A DNA stretch of 64,000 bases from Spongospora subterranea f. sp. subterranea (Eukaryota). Shown here piece after piece: positions 14,139 through 27,163 of the stretch. How positions within the stretch are numbered: position 1 is the first letter of the stretch; each line of letters starts with the position of its first letter. The notes below the pieces were generated by a model. It saw nothing but the letters and a program-made list of their open reading frames with translations. It was not told the DNA's origin and made no database searches. Location of the stretch: NCBI GenBank assembly GCA_049724395.1, contig JAUGWO010000069.1, positions 310,001 to 374,000 of the forward strand, in the 5' to 3' direction. Both the position numbers and the translations under genes were made by a program.

Positions 14139-17100
14139 CCGTAGATGACAATATTATCCATCCACATTTAGGTCCGTAGATGGATGCTAATAATGTCACG
14201 GCATATATACTTTTTTTATTCGTGCGGTAAAAATGGAAAAAATTTTGTCATAAACAATCTGAAAAATTGAGTAATTTTGTCATGCCACCTGGAAAAATCT
14301 CCGTTTTTGCTCATCGCACTTTTTCACGCACTTTTGACGGCAAGAAAAATATCGTGGCATTCTGCGGGAACTCACTGCCGAATTCAAATCTGTCTCTCGA
14401 ACATCATGTCCTATGTTTATGAGTTTCGCTCGAGTACCGGGACAGACGTGTACCCCATTTGAGGGTTTCTGATGTTGCAGGGGACTGTGCCTGCTTCTAC
14501 CATGCATTGGCAAAACACCCTTCAGTCCCTTTTGCCAACGAACTTGCGTTGAAGGAACATATGTTTCGCGAAGTTTTGAGGGAAGAGGTTCGATTTCACC
14601 CCTTAAGTAAATACAGTGATTGGGCACAAAATGCGAAGGATTACGCAAACACGCACCTCCTTGGGGATCCAAAGAAGTATGCGGATGAAACAACGCCGTT
14701 TTTTGTCACTGCTGTCCTCGGCATCGATGTCATAACCATAAACGTGTTTGGTGAAGTGTTCCGACCGTCAGTAATGATGCTCGACTCTACCGATCCAGCC
14801 GTTCGGATGCTTGTTCGGCTTCCACTGGTTAATGCATTTGTTCTTCATCATACATTTGGGAAGTCAAATCAGTGGCATCTCCAATCGGAAATCGCGTGTC
14901 AGCGAAATCAGCTGAACCACTTTGGTGCTTTGCTAGGCTCTGAGAGCCTTTGTTTACCAGCAACTGTCTATCTGAATCTCTTGAGGCGAACTGAAGTTGT
15001 GATGGCTATCGGTCAAGAACATCCTGTCAAGGTTGTAACTCTTTCAATTCATACTCTACCGATTCTCATTGTTTTGGCCCAGCGGAAAAAGACGGAGAAG
15101 TGGTCGTTTTCGTCACGCGACGGCGTTCCTCGGCCGGACGTTACCCCGTTGACAAAAGTCCACCAATCATCAATTCCTGGCGGCAAAGAGCCGGCGAAAG
15201 CAGCGGGATCAATCAGAAGATACTTTTGAAATGGCTGTCATCGCATAAAAACAATTTTGATTTGGCTTCAAAACTAGATGCCCTGGTGGAACATGAAACC
15301 AAACGCCGATCCGCTCAAAACCTGTTTTGTTCAATCAGAGATGTCGATATCAGAGATGACCCTGATAGTGAAGATGTGCATCGCTGCATTCTTGAAATGG
15401 TAATTATGTTGGATAGTATTATAATGGCATGTAACTCCCCTCAGGTTTCGCATGTTGTGTCAACCTTGTCGAACAGTCAACCTTCACCATCTAGCAGCAT
15501 TGTACTTTTGCTCTCAAAGCGTACCAAGGAACTTTCTTGGCTGCAGAGGTCTGCCGTAGTTTTCTTCTATTTACACCCAAAATTGGGTCGCCGCGATTAT
15601 CAACTGACTTCGAAAGTGTTCGCACGCCCCAAAGGTTGGCACGGTGGTTGTTGCTCCTCTAATGTTAACACTAACTGCTTAATTCAGCTACCATTAAATA
15701 TTGGGTCACCAGCATCGAATGTAACAGAGCTATTGGTGTTCATTTGACATCGATGACTGCAACGAATAAGTCGATTGAATCCTTGCTTCCGGAGCAGTTT
15801 CGCAATCTTGCAGCTCCGAATAGCAAGGTTCACTTTGTTATTCGCGTTTCAGATCATGCACCGAAACAAAGTTTATTAGTCAATGGCAGCGACGGGTTAT
15901 CTTGCCAAGCTTTGTCAGCCAAAGCAAGACTGGTTAATGATAATGCTCAATTACAGTATCTACCGGGGACATTATCACGACGAGCCGGTGCTGGCAGGCC
16001 TAACTCATTTCTCCACGTTCGCTCTCGTATCGTTGAGATGTTAGACCAGTCTTGGGAATCTGGTACTATTCGGTTGCAACCAGTATATGCTAAGAGTCAT
16101 AACTTTGGTTGTTAGGTCGACTCATCACTACAGAGCAACTGTATCAGTTGATAAGGAATGAATTTTCTCGCGACGAAAAATTTTTCACGGCGAAACTCGA
16201 TTCTTCAAAAAAGTCACACCCCAATTCGCTACACCAGTTCGTGCGCCGGGTCTTGCAGGACAACCGGTATGAACTTCGGAAAGGAGCTTGCTTATATATG
16301 TCAGTGAATAGTTGAACCTGACAGGTTCTCTACCCGCACGCCAACCGTTTCGCAAAGCATTCCTCTGAACTGGAAAGAATTAGCAGAAAATAACGCTGAG
16401 TATCTACGAAAGTTATTTCGATCAAAAAACGTGGATGTCGTGATCACAGCGGATGAGGTTTCAGCTCGGACTACCAAACTGTCGGTTCTTACTCTATATT
16501 CAGGTGTTTTTGAAGTTTCATGAAATTGCCTTAAAAGCCATTGGCAAAACGGGAGAAAGACATATCGGAAATATTGTGCAAGCGCACGACGAGAAACTTG
16601 GGGCAACGGTCATGGTTGCGTGCGAACTGTTAACCTCTCAGTTATTACCGGCAATGATAATATTTACCGGAAAATTTGGTAAACGGCTGTGTGACCAGTA
16701 TCAACACCACAAACCCTCGTTAATCACTTTTAACGAGCAACACTGGATGAATACTACAACCTTTAAGATGTATCTCAGGTGGATTCATCTCTAAAAATTA
16801 TCGAAGCATGCGATTTACTAATTCTGTTTTCAGATTTGTAATGGGATTATTTCCAAATAGAACCATATCGGGGATTGACGGTGGACCGATGCCGTCAGCA
16901 TTATGGCACAGAGATTGACAGTTTTGTTGATACCTTGAACAAAGACGAGAGTATTCCGGGCAAGATCGTCTTAGGGTACATTGGAGAAGGACTTACACCA
17001 ATTTTGCAGGTTTTTTTTGTGAGGTTGAGATTGGAGTTTATTTCAACTTTTTACAGGTACCTGATGTGTGTATCAATCGCGCTTTGAAACAGCGTATCCA

Positions 17101-17876
17101 AAGTAAATATTATTTATTAAGAAACGATAAAGCGCCACAATTTCGTTCAGGTAAACGACATAATCAAAAATTACGTTTTCAAAATATTTATTTGCTGTAG
17201 GTGAAAAGTTTCATGTAACTCGTGATGACATGATCGGTATAATAGAGTCGGTCATCAACGAGATCAATTTCGAGAATCGCCAATCGAAGTGGATAGCGAA
17301 CGCATTTGTCAAATGTGGGCAAGACCCGTGGAGCGTTTCACTCGCAGAGTTCCGACGCCATTTGGATGACCTTGCTACGAACAGTTTGTACGCGGCAATG
17401 CTCAAACACCAGCAGGCTCTGGAAGTTGTAAATACAACCAATAAACAAAGCTACATGGAATATTGTCCGCATTTGACAACTCATTCGCTATTTCACTAAA
17501 GCTCTGAACGTCTAAAGTAATCACTGATGAGTCAGTGATGAAGATTGACGACACACCTGACCAAAGCACAAGTATGTTTGAGGTATATACAGATCATGTG
17601 GTATTGTTCCAGGACGATGTCGATGGAGGTACCAGTAGAGCGCGGAAGGTAAACATGAATACAGTACATACCATCCGAACATCAAAAAAGAGGGTTGCGC
17701 CGCTCGGACATTTCCTCACTGTCAGGTCGCCAAATGGATAAAATTTTGAATTTTGTCATTGCAAGGGCTCTCAGATGGGATAATTCTGTCACCAAATCTC
17801 TAGAAAATGGCACTAATTTTGTCATTTCCACGGAGTTTTGCGAATTTTGTCAGATGGATAATATTGTCATCTACGG
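14139..17876 (+). mobile_element. Element B: full-length pogo-type DNA transposon carrying an OTU-like domain (3738 bp)
   Basis: Perfect 24-bp TIRs CCGTAGATGACAATATTATCCATC (14139-14162 and 17853-17876), TA on both flanks (14137-38, 17877-78), subterminal AATTTTGTCA repeats at both ends. Confidence 0.93.
14406..17640 (+). pseudogene. Intron-containing OTU-pogo (DDE_1-type, DD43D) transposase gene with several indels
   Basis: OTU-like VAGD(C/G)ACFYHAL...NHFGAL. Pogo core: VITADEV, TVMVAC...LPAMIIFTG, QHWMNTTTF, LTVDRCRQH, GLTPILQ/VPDVCINRALK (joined by GT-AG intron 17010-17056), and IANAFVKCG. The 3' end is approximate. Confidence 0.85.
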
Positions 17877-18499
17877 TACTTCAGCAGCAATTCGACTTTT
17901 TCGAATGAGTTCATGGCATTGTCATCGGTTGATCACAGGACGCATTTTGAAAGCCTCAATAGAACGTCAAACTTCGAGGTCGTTCTCATGGCAGCGACGC
18001 GGTGCGAGGCGCCGCTACCCCATTACGATGATGGAATGGGTACGAATCCGCCGCACATTGTTTATGCTTGCGCATGGTCGTCTGCAACACTGATCAGTAT
18101 GCGAAACGTCATTTGGAATGCTGGTTCTGACTTGGATCAATTTCCAAATCGACGTGAGCAGCCTTTGCAATCTTGGTCGACTCACAAGTGAGTGGCAAAC
18201 GAGTTTGGCTCATCCGCCTATCAGCTACGAGCTTTGCGAAGCAAAGGTACGTGGCCGCGCGCGGTTTGAATGATTACTATGAAGAGCCGGGATTTGGTTC
18301 AGCGACGTATCTTCTGTAACCTACTCCTCATCGCATTAATGATGATCTTGGAGATCAAAGGACGTGAGCCATTTCGGTTTTCATGCGGACGTGGCACATT
18401 GGATCAGCTGTGGCGTTCTTTGGTTCCGAGTTGATGCTGTCCAGTCGAATCCCGAGTTAATTCGAAAGCCTCTCAATATTCCGACTGAAATGGACACAT

Positions 18500-19110
18500 T
18501 CTTTGGAATGCCATTGGTCCTGCGATCGAAAACGCACTCCTTTCAAAAGTCAGTGAAACTCGGTTCAAATGGTATTCGAAAGATCACACTTGACTTTTGA
18601 AAACGCTGAAGGTTAGATGGAGAAACTGTGACCTCGAACAGCAGTTGAAAGAAAAGGCAATACCGATATTCCAGTTTCTGCATCCTGGTTGTGATGGAAT
18701 CTTCATGTTTGACAAATTCAGCAAAACCATCATGCAATTGCTCCAGCGCATTGTCTGTCAGCAAGATTTATGAGCGCCTGGAGGGCGAAATGCCAGAATC
18801 ATGCGGTCTGGATGGTACATCGACAGCAACAAGATCGCATCGAACAGTTACCTTTCGACTGAGTTGGACTCTCGAAGGGCCTCAAGCGTGTTCTATTGGA
18901 GAGAGGTTTGTGGATATAATTTACAGTCAGTCCAAGAAGCCGAAAAAACCTATTGAGCGGAGCAATCCAGATTTCAAAAGCTCAGATGGAATGTCTGCAA
19001 GAAACCGTAATTAACCAGGCATTATTCCTCGATTTCTATTCAAGTATCACTGTGAGTTTAATTTTATGGAAATGTTTTGGTGAGCAGCCAAAGCGTTTTC
19101 AATATTTCAA
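18500..19110 (+). mobile_element. Indel-rich internal fragment of element A in opposite orientation
   Basis: Near-exact blocks of element A (e.g. CAGCAGTTGAAAGAAAAGGCAATACCGATATTCCAGTTTCTG) interspersed with many small indels. Possibly a consensus artefact. Confidence 0.8.
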
Positions 19111-20064
19111 GATTTCGATGCACATTTCGAAATTTGACGAATATCCATTCGGCTGGTTCAGAGAACGCAAAGTTTTCTATGGGCAAAATTGAAGCGCTCG
19201 AAAATGAACAATCTGAGACATGAGCAAATGGATGCGTCAAACCGAATTTCTCAAACACAAACAACATTGGTTTGAACTCAAACAGTTTCAAGTTACAACT
19301 GCCGACATCCGAGATGGTCCAAATGTCACTTGTTGGAGGTACCAATGATGCTTCAAGGACAGTATCCATTCGAGCAACCAAAGACAATTATTTTACGTAT
19401 CAGATTCAGCTTTCTCGGATTTTCCACAATTAGTTTCGAAGATCTTGTCGATGCCGAGTCATCCATTCTGTTGCTTTTTCAGGAAAAGCAAAATGACCAG
19501 TACCATTTGTCGTATCGATGGTAAGTTATCCGGCGGAACCGCGGACACGCGGGATGCGTCAGAGGAGCAACGCAAAACCTATGTTCCAGTGCAATATAGG
19601 AATTCTGTAGTCGTGCTAACACAATGTCAAGCATGGTGTGGCGAAGCCTGCAGAAACAATCATCATTGGGGAATGGCAGTATGGTCTTGCGGCCATTATT
19701 TATACGAATTCGAGAGGTAATCATTTTTTTGGACATGTGTTTATCCACAGTCGGCCCCTATTATGAGCTTGGTTCCTGTCTGTCCCTGTTGGTGGCAGGC
19801 ATGTCCGGGTGAGTGTTAGGCATGAGTTCGAAACCCCGTGAGTGATGGAATTTTGGGAGACCCCCCAAGGTTGCATCCAATACGGAAAAGTAGGGTGAAT
19901 GTTGAGCACGAAGGTCTGACCACGTGGCCTCTAATTAAACTCGGAAACTCTGGATAGGCAATGTAATCAGGTGGGGGCAGGTCCCATTCGGTGTGGTCGT
20001 TAGGACAGATTATGTTGCTGAATCCAGCTGGTCTAATAGGTTCCTTCATTGGATACCCAAGCTA

Positions 20065-21616
20065 CAGTAGCGGACACCTTAACTCTGTACTTTGTTTCAA
20101 TCTCAAATCTGAAAAATGCGCGCAGTTTTATATAGTGCGTGAGGAAAATTGAAAATATTCTGATTTATTCGAGGTTTTGCAATATGCGCAGAGGATTCTT
20201 GCGATGACCGCGGTACTGTTTGACTGCAAACTCAATTTGATTGTGATTGAGAGAATTACCGCTTCCTAATTTTGCCTATAGAAACACTCTTGAGGGCTTC
20301 TGGAACCAGTTGAATTAATTCGTCAAAACGAAATGTGCATCGAGCCATTGAAAACGCTTTGGCTGCACCCCAAAACATTTCAATAAAATTAAACTCACAG
20401 TGATACTTGGGATAGAAATCGACGAATAATCCCTGGTTAATTACGGTTTCTTGCAGCCATTCCATCTGGCTTTTGAAATCTGGTTGCTCCTTCAATAGGT
20501 TTTTGGCTTCTTGGACTGAAAGTCCCGGAATCCACAAACCTCTCTCCAATAGAACACGCTTGAGGCCCTTCGAGAGTCCATTCTCAGTCGTCATGGTCTG
20601 TTCGATGTGCTCTCCGTTGCTGTCGATGTACCATCCAGACCGCATGATTCTGGCATTTCGCCCTCCATCGCTCATTTTTATCTTGCTTACAGACAATGCG
20701 TCTGGAGCAATTGCATGATGGTTTTGCGAATTGTCAAACATGAAGATTCCATCACAACCAGGATGCCGAAACTGGAATATCGGTATTGCCTTTTCTTTCA
20801 ACTGCTGAACAAGGTCACAGTTTCTCCAATAACCTTCAGCGTTTGCACCAGGTTTCAAGAAAACAGTCGAATCCTGAGGGACGCCAGGGTTAAGGGCTTG
20901 CTGGCTATCCGACAATCGCAGGAGACCATGGCATTCACAGAGAAATGCTGATACCATCAGGCTTCTGCCGTTACCTTTAGGACGAATCTCCCTCTTGTCT
21001 TCGTTTATCCAAACAAAAGAACGTCCATCATTTGATCCAAAACAGGATTCATCATGAGTCACCAGCACCAGAGGCCGTTCTCGTTCATTGAGTTCCGGGC
21101 GACATCATTTTCCATGAAGTCTCCTTCGTATGACGTCATTCGTCTTTCATATGAAAGCATTGAATTCCAATCTTTGGCGGTGCTTGAAATCAATTATTGA
21201 ATGAAATCGTTGTGGGAATTTACAGAAGATTGCCAAAACGAAAGGACCGATTGGATTCAGACATGCTTCTCTTATATCGATATGCACCGTTGGCCCGTCC
21301 TGGAAGACAAGAGACACTGGGAATCAAAACCCAGTTCATCAAATGCGTTTTCCTGCAAAGAACTGCACCAAAGAAGCTTGTGAGCCCAACCTGAGACTGC
21401 ACCACAATGAATCCAATCCTAACTATTCGCTGAACATCTTCGTCGTTGATCAAAGATTGCAATTTTGACGAATTTGCCTTGATTTTCAAAATGGCAACTC
21501 TCCCTTGTCAATTACTGGGAGTGCAGATCGTCAGTCAAGCGGCCAATGAACAACGTTGCGGTCAGGGAAAAACGATGCAACGAGTTACCGATGACACAAT
21601 TTTAGGTTTCTTCGCC
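20065..21616 (-). mobile_element. Element A second copy (A'), retains one TIR, truncated on the transposase 5' side
   Basis: TA plus identical TIR at 20063-20089. ORF 20256-21068 is nearly identical to A. There is a ~50-bp deletion at the C-terminus, and the sequence is garbled from ~21160 on. Confidence 0.92.
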
Positions 21617-24600
21617 AAAATTCGCAAAACTCCGTGGAAATGACAAAATTAGTGCCATTTTCTAGAGATTTGGTGACAGAATTATCCCATCTGAGAGCCC
21701 TTGCAATGACAAAATTCAAAAATTTTATCCATTTGGCGGCCTCACAGTGAGGAAAAAGTCCGAGCGGCGCAACCCTCTTTTTTGATGTTCGGATGGTGTT
21801 GTACATGTAAATACCTTCCGCGCTCTATATTACTCAGGTATATGCTGATCATGAATAACTGGTAATACCTCCATCGACATCGTCCTGGAACAATACCACA
21901 TGATCTGTATATATCAAACATACTTGTGCTTTGGTCAGGTGTGTCGTCAATCTTCATCACTGACTCGTCAGTGATTACTTTAGACGTTCAGAGCTGTAGT
22001 GAAATAGCGAATGAGTTGTCAAATGCGGACAGTATTCCATGTAGCTTTGTTTTTTGGTTGTATTTACAACTTCAGAGCCTGCTGGTGTTTGAGCATTGCC
22101 GCGTACAAACTGTTCGTAGCAAGGTCATCCAAATGGCGTCGGAACTCTGCGAGTGATACGCTCCACGGGTCTTGCCCACATTTGATGAATGCGTTCGCTA
22201 TCCACTTCGATTGGCGATTCTCGAAATTGATCTCGTTGATGACCGATTCTATTATACCGATCATGTCATCACGAGTTACATGAAACTTTTCACCTACAGC
22301 AAATAAATATTTTGAAAACGTAATTTTTGATTATGTCGTTTTCCTGGGCGAAATTGTGGCGCTTTTTCGTTTCTTAATAAATAAAATTTACTTTGGATAC
22401 GCTGTTTCAAAGCGCGATTGATACACACATCAGGTACCTGTAAAAAGTTGAAATAAACTCCAATCTCAACCTCACAAAAAAAAACTGCAGAATCGGTGTA
22501 AGTCTTTCTCCGATGTACCCTAAGACGATTTTGCCCGGAATACTCTCGTCATTGTTCAAGGTATCAACGAAACTGTCAATCTCTGTGCCATAGTGCTGAC
22601 GGCATCGGTCCACCGTCAATCCTATGGTTCTATTTGGAAATAATTCCATTACAAATCTAAAAACAGAATTAGTAAATCACAGGCTTCGATAATTTTTAGA
22701 AATGAATCCACCTGAGATACATCTTAAAGGTTGTAGTATTCATCCAGTGTTGCTCGTTAAAAGTGATTAACGAGGGTTTGTGGTGTTGATACTGGTCACA
22801 CAGCCGTTTACCAAATTTTCCGGTAAATATTATCATTGCCGGTAATAACTGAGAGGTTAACAGTTCGCACGCAACCATGACCGTTGTCCCAAGTTTCTCG
22901 TCGTGCGCTTGCACAATATTTCCGATATGGCTTTCTCCCGTTTTGCCAAGTCTGTGGCTTTTAAGGCAATTTCATGAAACTTAAAAAAAAAACTGAATAT
23001 AGAGTAAGAACCGACAGTTTCGTAGTCCGAGCTGAAAACCTCATCCGCTGCGATCACGACATCCACGTTTTTTTATCGAAATAACTTTCGTCGATACTCA
23101 GCGTTATTTTCTGCTAATTCTTTCCAGTTCAGAGGAATGCTTTGCGAAACGGTTGGCGTGCGGGTAGAGTACCTGACATCAACTATTCACTGACATATAT
23201 AAGCAAGCTCCTTTCCGAAGGTCATACCGGTTGTCCTGCAAGACCCGGCGCACGAACTGGTGTAGCGAATTGGGGTGTGACTTTTTTGAGGAATCGAGTT
23301 TCGCCGTGAAAAATTTTCGTCGCGAGAAAATTCATTCCTGATCAACTGATACAGTTGCTCTGTAGTGATGAGTCGACCTAACAACCAAAGTTATGACTCC
23401 TAGCATATACTGGTTGCAACCGAATAGTACCAGATTCCCAAGACTGGTCTAACATCTCAACGATACGAGAGCGAACGTGGAGAAATGAGTTAGGCCTGCC
23501 AGCACCGGCTCGTCGTGATAATGTCCCCAGTAGATACTGTAATTGAGCATTATCATTAACCAGTCTTGCTTTGGCTGACAAAGCTTGGCAAGATAACCCA
23601 TCGCTGCCATTGACTAATAAACTTTGTTTCGGTGCATGATCTGAAACGCGAATAACAAAGTGAACCTTGCTATCCGGAGCTGTAAGATTGCGAAACTGCT
23701 CCGAAAGCAAGGATTCAATCGACTTAGCAGTCATCGATGTCAAATGAACACCAACAGCTCTGTTACATTCGATGCTGGTGACCCAATATTTAATGGTACT
23801 GTAGCTGAATTAAGCAGTTACGTAGTGTTAACATTAGAGGAGCAACAACCACCGTGCCAACCTTTGGGGCGTGCGAACACTTTCGAAGTCAGTTGATAAT
23901 CGCGGCGACCCAATTTTGGGTGTAAATAGAAGAAAATTACGGCAGACCTCTGCAGCCAAGAAAGTTCCTTGGTACGCTTTGGGAGCAAAGGAACAATGCT
24001 GCTAGATGGTGAAGGTTGACTGTTCGACAAGGTTGACACAACATGCGAAACCTGAGGGGAGTTTACATGCCATTATAATACTATCCAACATAATTACCAT
24101 TTCAAGAATGCAGCGATGCACGTCTTCACTATCAGGGTGCATCTCTGATATCGACATCTCTGATTGAACAAAACAGGTTTTAAGCGGATCGGCGTTTGGT
24201 TTCATGTTCCACCAGGGCATCTAGTTTTGAAGCCAAATCAAAATTGTCTTTATGCGATGACTGCCATAAAGTATCTTCTGATTTCCCGCTGCTTTCGCCG
24301 GCTCTTTGCCGCCAGGAATTGATGATTGGTGGACGGTTGTCAACGGGGTAACGTCCGGCCGAGGAACGCCGTCGCGTGACGAAAACGACCACTTCTCCGT
24401 CTTTTTCCGCTGGGCCAAAACAATGAGAATCGGTAGAGTATGAATTAAAAGAGTTACAACCTTGGCAGGATGCTCTTGACCGATAGCCATCACAACTTCA
24501 GTTCGCCTCAAGAGATTCAGATAGACAGTTGCTGGTAAACAAAGGCTCTCAGAGCCTAGCAAAGCACCGAAGTGGTTCAGCTGATTTCGCTGACACGCGA

Positions 24601-25435
24601 TTTCCGATTGGAGATGCCACTGATTTGACTTCCCAAATGTATGATGAAGAACAAATGCATTAACCAGTGGAAGCCGAACAAGCATCCGAACGGCTGGATC
24701 GGTAGAGTCGAGCATCATTACTGACGGTCGGAACACTTCACCAAACACGTTTATGGTTATGACATCGATGCCGACGACAGCAGTGACAAAAAACGGCGTT
24801 GTTTCATCCGCATACTTCTTTGGATCCCCAAGGTGCGTGTTTGCGTAATCCTTCGCATTTTGTGCCCAATCACTGTATTTACTTACGGGGTGAAATCGAA
24901 CCTCTTCCCTCAAAACTTCACGAAACATATGTTCCTTCAACGCAAGTCCGTTGGCAAAAGGGACTGAAGGGTGTTTCGCCAATGCATGGTAGAAGCAGGC
25001 ACCGTCCCCTGCAACATCAGAAAACCTCAAAATAACGGGGTACACGTCTGTCCCGGTACTCGAGCGAAACTCATAAACATAGGACATGATGTTCGAGAGA
25101 CAGATTTGAATTCGGCAGTGGGTTCCCGCAGAATGCCACGATATTTTTCTTGCCGTCAAAACGTGAAAAAGTGCGACGAGCAAAAACGGAGATTTTTCCA
25201 GGTGGCGCATGACAAAATTACTCAATTTTTCAAACGATTTTTGTTTCAACAAAGTGCGTGAAAAAGTGCGATGAGCAAAAACGGAGATTTCTTCAAGTGG
25301 CATGACAAAATTACTCAATTTTTCAGATTGTTTATGACAAATTTTTTTCCATTTTCACCGCACGAATAAAAAAAGTATATATGCCGTGACATTATTAGCA
25401 TCCATCATGTGGATGGATAATATTGTCATCTACGG
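21617..25435 (-). mobile_element. Element B second copy (B'), inverted, lacking its 3' TIR
   Basis: TIR at 25412-25435 followed by TA. The body is the reverse complement of B. The OTU region is an open frame (ATG 25087, GDGAC motif). Confidence 0.92.
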
Positions 25436-25878
25436 TAACCGATTTCAGTCCGAGTTGCGCTTAGAGCTCCCAACGCATACCCTACTTTAGGGTGACTGGA
25501 TTTCGAAATTGTGCCACTATAACCACGACCAGATCGGAAACCACCCTCTAATTACTTCGAAAGCGCAGAAACTAACCGAAATTTGCCGTCAATCTGGCGC
25601 TCAACGCCATGCAATCAGCACATTGCTTTCTTTTCGCCGTTTTGTCCCTCCCTTCTCTTCCTCCTTCCGCCTTCAGTACCGCGTACAATGTTGCGCAACG
25701 GTACATTGGTACAGTGTTGCAGAACAGTACACTCGTACAATAGTGCGCAACAAGAAGGTGGCGGCCCCCGTCTATACCCTGTAAATGGTGTGTACTGTAC
25801 ACACTATGGACGTGCACACAGGGCCAACACACATTGGCTGGTACAGTCGTATTGGACATATTTCAGAGGTTAATTTAG

Positions 25879-27090
<1,212 letters not shown>

Positions 27091-27163
27091 GTTTCCTGCA
27101 TCGCACAACCTGGGGCGAATATTATTAAACCAAAATGCGAAAATCCCTCCCTAGTGTAGTGAG

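Noticed and set aside
18500..19250. Apparently ancient, highly diverged subfamily of element A
   Set aside because: Exact-match blocks alternate abruptly with nonsense indels, as also at 21160-21616. This looks more like mixed-read consensus than evolutionary decay.
19250..20062. Possible LINE endonuclease remnant on the minus strand (NIIC..., KLIIGAD, TMLDIV)
   Set aside because: The motifs are too weak and spread across frames; cannot be supported without a profile search.
25670..25860. GTAC/TACAGT-rich stretch upstream of GFUS as a cluster of excision footprints or a MITE
   Set aside because: No paired TIRs or TSD found, and such short motifs are expected by chance.
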